In this document: positions 55,201 to 62,208 of the stretch, in pieces | Layout: the number at the start of each line of letters is the position of its first letter | How positions within the stretch are numbered: position 1 is the first letter of the stretch | Source of the DNA: an uncultured Bacteriovoracaceae bacterium | GTDB lineage: Bacteria > Bdellovibrionota > Bacteriovoracia > Bacteriovoracales > Bacteriovoracaceae | Assembly: GCA_937930825.1 (NCBI GenBank) | Contig: CALHBL010000147.1 | Coordinates: 964-64,963 of the forward strand | Length of the DNA stretch: 64,000 nucleotides | Direction of reading: 5' to 3' | Notes under the pieces: model-generated | The model's database searches: none | What the model was told of the DNA's origin: nothing | What the model saw: only the letters and a program-made list of their open reading frames with translations | Translations under genes and position numbers: made by a program

Positions 55201-55490
55201 TGTAATTCTTTTTCTTCTCTTCTCGCTTTCTCTTTTAGATTCGCTAAAGAAATCCTCGCAACAGTAGAGTCTCCAGAAATTTCTGAAGATTTTTCTCCCA
55301 TTGCAAGCTTAGTTAAGTAAGTCGCAATCTCTTCATTATCTGCAATAGCGGTCCAATCTCCCACAGGAAAGTTTTGAACCTTTACTGTTCCAACTAAGTG
55401 ACCTTTTTCATAAAGCTCACCCACCTGTTGAAGCTGAAAAGGGCCAACAATTCTTCCGCCTTTTAATTTCAGTCTGTATTTTTTTGCCAT
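52245..55490 (-). CDS. GYF_2(DUF4339)-like N-terminus / Glu-Lys-rich coiled coil / single TM / long TPR array protein (1081 aa)
   Basis: YRLKLKGGRIVGPFQLQQVGELYEKGHLVGTVKVQNFPVGDWTAI (GYF_2-like), an EK-rich ~250 aa stretch, the TM helix LSPILAIVIIAILYLTLF, then many 34-aa TPR-like repeats. Confidence 0.65.
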   Translation of the reverse strand: MAKKYRLKLKGGRIVGPFQLQQVGELYEKGHLVGTVKVQNFPVGDWTAIADNEEIATYLTKLAMGEKSSEISGDSTVARISLANLKEKARREEKELQKLEKIKELEELEKQHKKELHKEFKFSKEEKSEIVDYDKLEEKYKVIEEAEAEERIRNEELERIEAEKRKVEEEKIDKTVVLKNPLKAPVESDDEIKTVVNQDALRLFKEQEELKARLIREEELKKEAEEKAALEDAPEDIDFNESTKVVDKHALVELKAETNSLEKQIAKEERENKIEKSGKPKKESAESEDDIEKKKKLSPILAIVIIAILYLTLFDDKPEEVKVFKPQYLSISGPRTYEVMQPAKAEKHFKLGLKNYRVGTYLGKLRASSHFLKSAEFKFTDNPALGFLILTYGELFNNVANQSKGAAILFNLIKITRSKIFKDLNVAIGTALFYRNNGKVYSALNLIENYLRVAKPSLKLLSLYLDLSIETGDLVKAKKVLDKLKTIPNQPLEAYLAMSKYYTLDEQYEKGKEVTLSALKKFPSSVALMLDLSRYLLRDEDFKNYASTLKKIEKLRYEGAPSFYAEYLENVGILSAFNKDVKTAAALFQKALKIHDTDSLRSKLASLEIGGGEIAEKLILESKAIDLIRTSKKLTRERKWREAFQVAIEAVDLENRFLPANLHLVNLQILRGFYESAINTLAFLKKEFPTHPGVNFLLVKALSESNKMKEAQSHVNIISNSPLRNHPLYSSTVGHFYALSGKRHLAIRMLSQSVGQNPLRDEDYFLMAKIYSRTRQYKESKSKLAEAMTLDPLNIDYKSLYAEILYELDGAEAAIGYLQTELDKNADNPRLMGDIATLFYRNGQLAQFKEVKNKVEKLRSSDPAFYEFLIRAAQIEEKNVDIVTNAKALIEINPGDVKTRLLLGSTLADLRRYGEALIALDGVTKRLSTYPQVYYLKAKVYLKMKKYKEAIAAGKKEIENNPKIYHGHYVLGETQRLIGEYTESTKNLEKAIQIQPRNVESLMSLGWIKLNQSRYDIARELYLRAKKKAPSNPMIRKQLAFIYQGIGQGSLAIEEFRTYLKLFPNAPDQAKIKNQIMTLSR

Positions 55491-55495
55491 GGCAC

Positions 55496-56644
55496 CTATA
55501 TGCTTAAGACTAGTCCTATTATTATAGATGATAGCAAAAATATTGAGTTAAATAGGCTAAATCTGCTCCCAAAGCTTTCCTTTGAGTTTTCTGTGATAAT
55601 CCGAATAAACAAACACAATAGTAAACAAGTGTATGCTGAAAAAAAACCAAGAAGAATAGAGAAAGTACCCGTAAGCTTTGAGTCACTTATGAGAAGATTA
55701 TACATATTATAAAAAGGACCTGGGATAACACCTATAAATAGTAAGAGAGCAACAACTCTCAGCTGAATCCTCTCAAGTATATCGGGTAGTTCCTGAACTA
55801 AAAGGTAAGGTATACTAAGAAAGAAGCAGAGCCAATAGTAAATCGGCATTATCTCAATTGAGCTAAGGTTCGGAAAAAACATTAAACAAGCAAGGAGGAG
55901 GAGCTCTACACTAAGCTTTCCTGATCTTAAAGCGATTGATATTCTTCGATTAAAAATACCTATAATGAGAAGAAGTCCAAGAAATGGAAATAAAGGGCTA
56001 TCGAAATGAAAATAAGTTAATGAATCACTAAAGACTGTGAAAAGTAAGATACTAAATACTCTCTGACCAAGACTATATGAAAAAGTATGAGAGCTATTTT
56101 TGATAAGCGAGAAAGGGGCAAGAAAATAATTTAAAGGAACTAGCAGCATTACCACAACTTTACTTAGGGGTGATTCGCTTCCATGATAGAGTAAGCCCAA
56201 GGAAAGTATTGCACTCAATAAAAATAGGCAAAATGGTACGTTTGCTTCTTTAGTTCCTTTAAAAGAAGTGGACCTAAAGATGTCAACAAAGTATGAGCCT
56301 ATCAGAATACAGACTTTAACAGGGTAGCTTATATCTGAAGCCATTAAGATTAAAACTAATAAAGATAACTCACTAAATTTTACTAGAGTTGCAGTCCCAG
56401 GCTTATCAATATGAAATTCTTCTATTACTGAAAAGAAGAGAAGTTCAAGAAGTAGTGGTAAAAACAACACCTTATTTTCAGTAAAGCCAAATAACGATGA
56501 ATCGAAGAAAGCAATATAGCCAATTATTAGAGTTAATATTATCCGGCTAAGTAGATTTATATGCTTACTGGATTCGGGTACTAAATTCCGCAGCACTAAG
56601 AAGAGAGCTTGGACAAACAGGGGAGTTGCTATCATATAGTTCAC
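55496..56644 (-). CDS. Polytopic membrane protein (382 aa); positional and weak-motif counterpart of an antiporter-like complex I subunit (NuoN/M-like?)
   Basis: About 11 TM helices. LLFIGVIPGPFYNMY resembles the (S/A)LAG(I/L)PPLSGF motif seen in the nuoN and nuoM of this window. 4-nt overlap with the upstream ORF. Confidence 0.4.
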   Translation of the reverse strand: MNYMIATPLFVQALFLVLRNLVPESSKHINLLSRIILTLIIGYIAFFDSSLFGFTENKVLFLPLLLELLFFSVIEEFHIDKPGTATLVKFSELSLLVLILMASDISYPVKVCILIGSYFVDIFRSTSFKGTKEANVPFCLFLLSAILSLGLLYHGSESPLSKVVVMLLVPLNYFLAPFSLIKNSSHTFSYSLGQRVFSILLFTVFSDSLTYFHFDSPLFPFLGLLLIIGIFNRRISIALRSGKLSVELLLLACLMFFPNLSSIEIMPIYYWLCFFLSIPYLLVQELPDILERIQLRVVALLLFIGVIPGPFYNMYNLLISDSKLTGTFSILLGFFSAYTCLLLCLFIRIITENSKESFGSRFSLFNSIFLLSSIIIGLVLSI

Positions 56645-57627
56645 TGAGCTTCCCCTACCTTCTTCTTAACTCCTAGGATAAAAGATATGAATGTAATGGT
56701 TAATAAGTAAACTCTTAAATGAACCTCGGGAAAAAAATAACAAGAGATCAGGCAAGCACTCATTCCTATGAACTGTAAATTTATTCCATCTATAACTTTA
56801 GCTAAATAAGGCTGAAGCCTGCTATACAATACTTGAACTGCAGCACACCCGAACAATATAAACGAAAACTTGCTCTCCAATTGAAAAATGAAAATGATAA
56901 GAAGGGGGAGGACAGAATATAAAGACCTTCTACTTCTAGAAATAACCAGATAAGTGCAAATCCCAAAAAACACAATACTCGAAAACAAAGGACTAACACT
57001 AAGGTAGCTAAAATAAATACTTAAAAGAATAATTATGTTTAATGAAAAGAGACACTTATTAGAGCGGATATAATTTAATGAAAAAACTCCAATACTATAG
57101 AGATAGAAGTAGCTAATTAAGTTACTATTGATTCTTGGTAGCATTTGATTTGAGTAATCAGATGCTACAACAACTGAGCTACTAGACCCAGCAAGTTTGT
57201 TAAAAACCATCGTTAGAGACAAAAAGCCAAACAGTGGAAGAGCAAGAATTGAGTATTTCTTTCTTATCTGCCTAGGCAGGATCATTAAAAACAAAAAAAC
57301 ACTCATCGTGAGATTTAATTCTAAAGAAATCGCATCTACTTCTAGAATCCCAATAAAGAGAAGGATAGGGATTGGTGAAAGTATATTTATTTCTTTATTA
57401 GTTGTTAAAAATTCATTCATTACATAAAGCAGCACGAAGCCTAAGGAAGATGCTAAGTAATAATTACTGTAAAGACTATTTTGCTTAACGTATCCTAAAT
57501 AACTAACGACCGCTAAACTAATGATCAAAACCAAAGCGCAAAACATAACAACTTTCTTTTTTAAAGGCAAAAAGTTACAGATAAAAAGGATGAGTATCAG
57601 AGCAAGACAGATCATGCAGCAACCCAA
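56641..57627 (-). CDS. Polytopic membrane protein (328 aa); weak NuoN/M-like
   Basis: ILLFIGILEVDAISL versus bona fide NuoN LVLFIGIETLSILSY in the same window. About 9-10 TM helices. Overlapping start and stop. Confidence 0.4.
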   Translation of the reverse strand: MGCCMICLALILILFICNFLPLKKKVVMFCALVLIISLAVVSYLGYVKQNSLYSNYYLASSLGFVLLYVMNEFLTTNKEINILSPIPILLFIGILEVDAISLELNLTMSVFLFLMILPRQIRKKYSILALPLFGFLSLTMVFNKLAGSSSSVVVASDYSNQMLPRINSNLISYFYLYSIGVFSLNYIRSNKCLFSLNIIILLSIYFSYLSVSPLFSSIVFFGICTYLVISRSRRSLYSVLPLLIIFIFQLESKFSFILFGCAAVQVLYSRLQPYLAKVIDGINLQFIGMSACLISCYFFPEVHLRVYLLTITFISFILGVKKKVGEAQ

Positions 57628-58946
57628 ATAATCATAGCAATTGAGATTATTGAAAAAAGGCTAAAGGCTACTGTATTAGTCACTCCACGAAATGTTGGTA
57701 TTGATAAAGCAGTTCTATCGTCTACTTTTATGGGGTATTCCCTTTGTGTATATTTCCGACCTGGATATAATTCAAACTGAAACTTCAATTTCTGATAAAT
57801 AAATTTAAGATGATATTCTATTTCTTCATTTTTCTTTACATAGAAGCCAAAAATCAATGTTAGCAGCAGAGCAATTAATTGATAATAAAATATAATACTA
57901 CCGATACTCCATGTCAGAGGCAATATACTACCCAGGAATAGCGTAATCCTAATCACTTCATCTTTAAAGCTGTAACTCTTTTTAACATCTTCTAGGGCAT
58001 AGAGCGAAAGAAAGGGAAAGTCATATAATACCAAAAAGAATATCATAGGAAGCGACATTTCAGAGATTCCATAGAGAATAGATGATGGTGCTAAAGGCAG
58101 GCCAGAGAAAATATAGAGAATCAGAGCAAGGGTGGTAATTTGTTGATAGCCTAAAGATGACTTTTTATTATCTTTAAGTAGATTCTTTATCTCGTAGAAT
58201 AATATTTTTTTTAAATAACGACATTCTATAAAGATAAGCAACAGGGGTATTACTATCATTGGGCTTAAATGATTATAAAACGATAAGTAAGACCCGCAAG
58301 ATATGAGATATGCCATCGTTAAAGAATCGGTATCCCTGAATAAAGAAATTAGGATTAAGAAGAATCCAACTAGTATATAATACGAGCTAAAGAACTCACT
58401 CGACATTGTGGGAATTAATACTATCAACAAAAGAAGATTCACTTGTGACAGCTTATCTTTGTTATTCTCAAAGGCCAGTAAGAAACTCAATGGAATCAGT
58501 GCTAAACTAAAGTATGTCCTCCACGAAGCCAAAGGTGAAAGAAGAAGTAAACTTAGGATAATAATATACAGAAATAGATTATCTATAGATCTAGTCACAA
58601 ACTTCTTGCAAACTACATAGAGGAGTGAAAAAATAAAGTTATATTCAGTAGGTGCACTGAGAAAGGCCAGTAGTGTAAAGATGCTTATCATAAAGAGCGA
58701 TTCGAAGAGACTTTCTCTGCTCAGTATTTTCCCTCCATTATCGTAACAAGAAAAAAGTATTAAAAAGATAGGAAGTAGATTTAAGCTTATTTCCTTCAAA
58801 AAGATATAGCTAAGAGATCCCATTAGAACGATCAAGGGCAGAGTATAAGTTTGCTTAATTTTCCTATAGATTGCACTTTCTACTTTCAATGGAAGTAGTA
58901 ACAGCATCATCAGAAAACTCACAAAGGCCAAGCCAAATAACATCAA
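57612..58946 (-). CDS. Polytopic membrane protein (444 aa) with a C-terminal amphipathic helix plus terminal TM; positional counterpart of NuoL
   Basis: IFSGLPLAPSS resembles the (A/S)GxPPxxGF motif. The tail KKNEEIEYHLKFIYQKLKFQFELY, a loop and a final TM (AFSLFSIISIAMIIWVAA) mimic the lateral helix plus anchor layout of NuoL. Confidence 0.4.
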   Translation of the reverse strand: MMLFGLAFVSFLMMLLLLPLKVESAIYRKIKQTYTLPLIVLMGSLSYIFLKEISLNLLPIFLILFSCYDNGGKILSRESLFESLFMISIFTLLAFLSAPTEYNFIFSLLYVVCKKFVTRSIDNLFLYIIILSLLLLSPLASWRTYFSLALIPLSFLLAFENNKDKLSQVNLLLLIVLIPTMSSEFFSSYYILVGFFLILISLFRDTDSLTMAYLISCGSYLSFYNHLSPMIVIPLLLIFIECRYLKKILFYEIKNLLKDNKKSSLGYQQITTLALILYIFSGLPLAPSSILYGISEMSLPMIFFLVLYDFPFLSLYALEDVKKSYSFKDEVIRITLFLGSILPLTWSIGSIIFYYQLIALLLTLIFGFYVKKNEEIEYHLKFIYQKLKFQFELYPGRKYTQREYPIKVDDRTALSIPTFRGVTNTVAFSLFSIISIAMIIWVAA

Positions 58947-59212
58947 GCCTCCATCTCATTTTTTCCTTTTTTTGTAATCACTCTATAAAGATACAAGAAA
59001 GAAAGAACAGTAAATGTTAGCAAAAAAGGCAGTACAACACTTAAGCTTCCATCCGGGCAGCTTAAGATAATCAGCAGCTTAAGCAGAACCACCAATCCTA
59101 TAATATAAGATGTTTGCATTACTTGAGTTCTACTTAAAACTCCCTTTATAATAAATAGGAGCATAGAGAATATTATTGTTTTAGTTATCAACTTCTTCTC
59201 CTTTAAAACCAA
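58943..59212 (-). CDS. Three-TM small membrane protein (89 aa); NuoK(ND4L)-like in size and topology
   Basis: SRTQVMQTSYIIGLVVLLKLL versus NuoK RRNLLxMLIGLEIMxN, with the Glu replaced. Basic C-terminus YRVITKKGK. Confidence 0.4.
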   Translation of the reverse strand: MVLKEKKLITKTIIFSMLLFIIKGVLSRTQVMQTSYIIGLVVLLKLLIILSCPDGSLSVVLPFLLTFTVLSFLYLYRVITKKGKNEMEA

Positions 59213-59621
59213 TCAATTCAAAGAAGGAAAATAATGTTAGAATAATTAAAAAGTATTCTGGAATATAATAAATTTCCTTTAATGAAAGAATGTCAGATTT
59301 ATAAAATTGAAAATCAATCTTATAAAATAAAAACACAAAGAATGGAGCAACTGATAAGTAGAGAAATAATTTCTCTAGTGTTGAAGATTCTCTTCTAGGT
59401 GGTTCTGAAATCCATAGTCTAGAGATATGTAAAAGATACAAGAAAGGAGTAACACTTATTGCTATCAATATTGCTTTTTCAGATCCAGCATAGATAAGAG
59501 TTAGAAAGATCAAAAAAATTATATATCCAACAAAGAAGCTGTTAGAGTTTTTAGTTTTTTTCAAAACTACGACTAAAGTAAAAATTGAAAGTAAGACAGA
59601 GAGTAGTAGTTCAAGCACCAT
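59181..59621 (-). CDS. Membrane protein (146 aa); NuoJ(ND6)-like in size and position
   Basis: KNSNSFFVGYIIFLIFLTLIYAGSEKAILIAISV loosely parallels NuoJ TNPVxSALxLIxxF...AEFLAxxQIxVY. Terminal TM with Glu (LFSFFELIG). Confidence 0.35.
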   Translation of the reverse strand: MVLELLLSVLLSIFTLVVVLKKTKNSNSFFVGYIIFLIFLTLIYAGSEKAILIAISVTPFLYLLHISRLWISEPPRRESSTLEKLFLYLSVAPFFVFLFYKIDFQFYKSDILSLKEIYYIPEYFLIILTLFSFFELIGFKGEEVDN

Positions 59622-60477
59622 TGTCCAGCCTTCTTGCAGATCTTATCGATGAGAATCTAAATACCCAAAAAATTATGATACTGAATACGAACTTTGCGAT
59701 TAAGCTTATCGTCTGCATAGATACCGTAAAGAGACCTGGTGAGATATTTTGTTTTTCAATCATAGAGGGAAGTCCATATCCACCTAGAAAGCAATAGATA
59801 AAGAGCAGAATATAGCCATTCAAAGAGACATGATCTACGAGCTCAAAATCGTCACGAGGGTTCGACAATTCATCAATTACTAAATAGGCAAGAAAAGCAG
59901 CACCACATGGATTCCTAATAATAAAGTAATTACGTAAGCCAAACTCGCTGAAGCTTTTCTGGAATTGAACCATCTGCTCTAGAGATAGTGATGGGCTGAA
60001 AATCAAAAGAGAGTAGAAGACTATAAAAAGTGCTGGAATGCGCTTACATAGTCCTGAAACTTCATGATTAATGACGGCCCTATAAACTTCAGCAATCATT
60101 AATAAGACGAATATATACGTTAAGGAGTTTTCAACATTAATAATACCCAATGTAGCATCGCTGCCCATAAAGTCGAATCTATCACTCAAAGGTAAGTATA
60201 AAGAAGGTATAAAAGTTAAAATAAGGAGGATAACATTTTGAATAGTTCTCTTATTTCGTATATCTCCAACCCCACTTCTTTGAAGAAGCAGGCGGACTAA
60301 TGTTATCTTAAGTGCACTGAGAGAAACAAAGCTCTTTCTTTTAAATATTGTAGCAAACTCTTCTCTTATCCATAAAGAGAAGATGAGTAATGCTAGGTAC
60401 ACAAAAATAAAGTGTGAAGCTTTTAGGGCCTCAAGTAAGATATTCAATCTCAGCCTTTTGTTCTTCCTTTTTCCCAA
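59611..60477 (-). CDS. Polytopic membrane protein (288 aa) with four collinear NuoH(ND1)-like motif matches
   Basis: VRLLLQRSGVGDI (cf. ERRLLGxxQxRxGPNxVG), DDFELVDH (cf. AExELVxG), FLGGYG (cf. FFGGW), KFVFSIIIFWVFRFSSIRSARRLD (cf. KxxxFxxxFIxIRAxLPRxRYDQ). Confidence 0.5.
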   Translation of the reverse strand: MGKRKNKRLRLNILLEALKASHFIFVYLALLIFSLWIREEFATIFKRKSFVSLSALKITLVRLLLQRSGVGDIRNKRTIQNVILLILTFIPSLYLPLSDRFDFMGSDATLGIINVENSLTYIFVLLMIAEVYRAVINHEVSGLCKRIPALFIVFYSLLIFSPSLSLEQMVQFQKSFSEFGLRNYFIIRNPCGAAFLAYLVIDELSNPRDDFELVDHVSLNGYILLFIYCFLGGYGLPSMIEKQNISPGLFTVSMQTISLIAKFVFSIIIFWVFRFSSIRSARRLDNGA

Positions 60478-60728
60478 AGGTAAGCACAGACAAACATTGC
60501 TAATACTATATAGTTTAATTCTGGAAAAGCGTTAAATAAAGAAGCCTGCTCCCTATTCAACTGTGTATAGGCAACCCATGATAAAAGAGGCAAGAGTATA
60601 ATGACTAGAGGCCCAAAGTTTTCCGATCTTTTTGATCGGACTTTTACCATCTTACCACTACCTAAATAAAGAAGGGCCCCAATAAAAAGGGCCCCTAAGG
60701 TAATTACGATAAGAAGACTGGCCGTCAT
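60450..60728 (-). CDS. Three-TM small membrane protein (92 aa); NuoA(ND3)-like
   Basis: The start codon directly abuts the nuoN stop. VRSKRSENFGP (cf. NuoA RxxSKNxPFESG) and C-terminal CAYLWEKG (cf. NuoA VYxWKKG). Confidence 0.45.
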   Translation of the reverse strand: MTASLLIVITLGALFIGALLYLGSGKMVKVRSKRSENFGPLVIILLPLLSWVAYTQLNREQASLFNAFPELNYIVLAMFVCAYLWEKGRTKG

Positions 60729-62195
60729 TTACTGAACAAACACTTTAGCGCCCTCAGCAACCATTAAAACCTTTTCCCAAAAAAGACCAAGTACTACAAC
60801 TGGTATAGTTAGCGCCACTACCACCCCCTGATTCACATAAGTAAAACCTTGTATTTCTTCTTCACTTTCACTTGGCTTCAATGTCATTATTCTCACTATT
60901 TTTAGATAGTAATAAAGAGCAATAACACTATTTATACCGGCGATTACTGCAAGGGTATAATACTTCTCTATAATCAATGCATTAAAAATATGAAACTTTG
61001 CAACAAAGCCACTCAAGGGAGGAATACCTGCGAGACTAAACATAAGAATAGTCATCATGATGGCCATCATAGGGTACCGATAGATAAGACCACTAAATCT
61101 TTCAAAGTGATCATTACCATACTTATCATTTACAAATGAAACGATATAGAAAGCTGCGAGTGTCATGAATAAGTAAGTGATTGAATAGAAGAGGACACTT
61201 CTTGTTCCAAGGTCATTCATAACAATAATACCAAGAATCATTACGCCTGCATGGGAGATTGAGGAATAAGCCAACATTCTCTTCACAGACTGTTGACCAA
61301 TTGCACTTATATTTCCAACTGTCATAGTGAGAGCAGCAATAATACTCAGTGTTCCAACCCAACCAACATTTAAAACACCAGGTTCAGCGAAGAAAGTTGT
61401 AGAAATACGAACAAGTGCCGCAAGTCCAGCAACCTTTGGCACTATACTAAAGAAGGTTGTTACAGGAATAGGTGAGCCTTCATAAACATCCGGTGCCCAC
61501 ATGTGAAAAGGGACACAAGCTATCTTGTAACCAATCCCTACTAGAAAAAGAAGAAAACTAGGAAGGACTATCAAAACTTGACCTTCTGATAAACTTTTAA
61601 GACCAACAGCAATATCAGTAAAGTTGATTGAGCCTACAACGCCAAAAATATGGCTCATTCCAAAGAGCATTATTCCAGAAGTAATGCCACCGTAGAGAGC
61701 ATACTTTAACCCCGCTTCTGCTGAGCGGTCATCATTCTTTTTTAAGCTCGCTAGTACATAGGAGAGAATTGAAAGGGTCTCAATACCAATAAAGAGAACC
61801 AACATATTATTAGCTGAAGAGAGTAGCATACCACCCACAAGAATACCTGTGGCCATAATGGCAAACTCAGGTTTTAAATTTCCTTGTATATCTCTACTCT
61901 GGCTCGTTAGGTAGACAGCACCAAGTGTACCAAGACACATTATAATTTTTGACAGAGTTGAAAATGAATCTATCACCACAGAGTTCGTGAAGATACTCAA
62001 GGGTTCTTTACCTAAGTTAAAAATCAAGAATACTAGAACTGATGTCAAGCCAATGCCAGCAGCAAGAAAGAGCAAGCCTCTTTCTTTTTTCTCTTCCTTA
62101 TATGTTGCCTCTATTAAAATTAGACCAAACATCGTCAAGCAGGCGAGCAGTTCTGGAACGTAATGACTAAGACTAGCTAAATAATTTATGCCCAT
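60729..62195 (-). CDS. nuoN: NADH-quinone oxidoreductase subunit N
   Basis: LFIGIETLSILSYVL, KYALYGG, PFHMWAPDVYEGSPIPVTTF, KRMLAYSSISHAG, SLAGIPPLSGFVAKF. Follows nuoM. Confidence 0.92.
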   Translation of the reverse strand: MGINYLASLSHYVPELLACLTMFGLILIEATYKEEKKERGLLFLAAGIGLTSVLVFLIFNLGKEPLSIFTNSVVIDSFSTLSKIIMCLGTLGAVYLTSQSRDIQGNLKPEFAIMATGILVGGMLLSSANNMLVLFIGIETLSILSYVLASLKKNDDRSAEAGLKYALYGGITSGIMLFGMSHIFGVVGSINFTDIAVGLKSLSEGQVLIVLPSFLLFLVGIGYKIACVPFHMWAPDVYEGSPIPVTTFFSIVPKVAGLAALVRISTTFFAEPGVLNVGWVGTLSIIAALTMTVGNISAIGQQSVKRMLAYSSISHAGVMILGIIVMNDLGTRSVLFYSITYLFMTLAAFYIVSFVNDKYGNDHFERFSGLIYRYPMMAIMMTILMFSLAGIPPLSGFVAKFHIFNALIIEKYYTLAVIAGINSVIALYYYLKIVRIMTLKPSESEEEIQGFTYVNQGVVVALTIPVVVLGLFWEKVLMVAEGAKVFVQ

Positions 62196-62208
62196 GAAGT
62201 TTTCCTAA

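Noticed and set aside
54574-55320. Four plus-strand ORFs (60-108 aa), Ser/Phe-rich
   Set aside because: They are antisense to the Glu/Lys-rich low-complexity part of the 1081-aa gene. GAA/AAG-rich codons read as TTC/CTT on the opposite strand without stops. No independent support.
57612-60728. Alternative reading of the post-nuoN cluster as a standard Mrp (MrpA-G) antiporter operon
   Set aside because: Mrp lacks NuoH-like and NuoA-like subunits, and its MrpA and MrpD retain clear Proton_antipo_M motifs (WxP...P, conserved Lys/Glu). The ORFs here have an H-like member and only faint antiporter motifs, so the Mrp label was not applied. A profile search should still test it.
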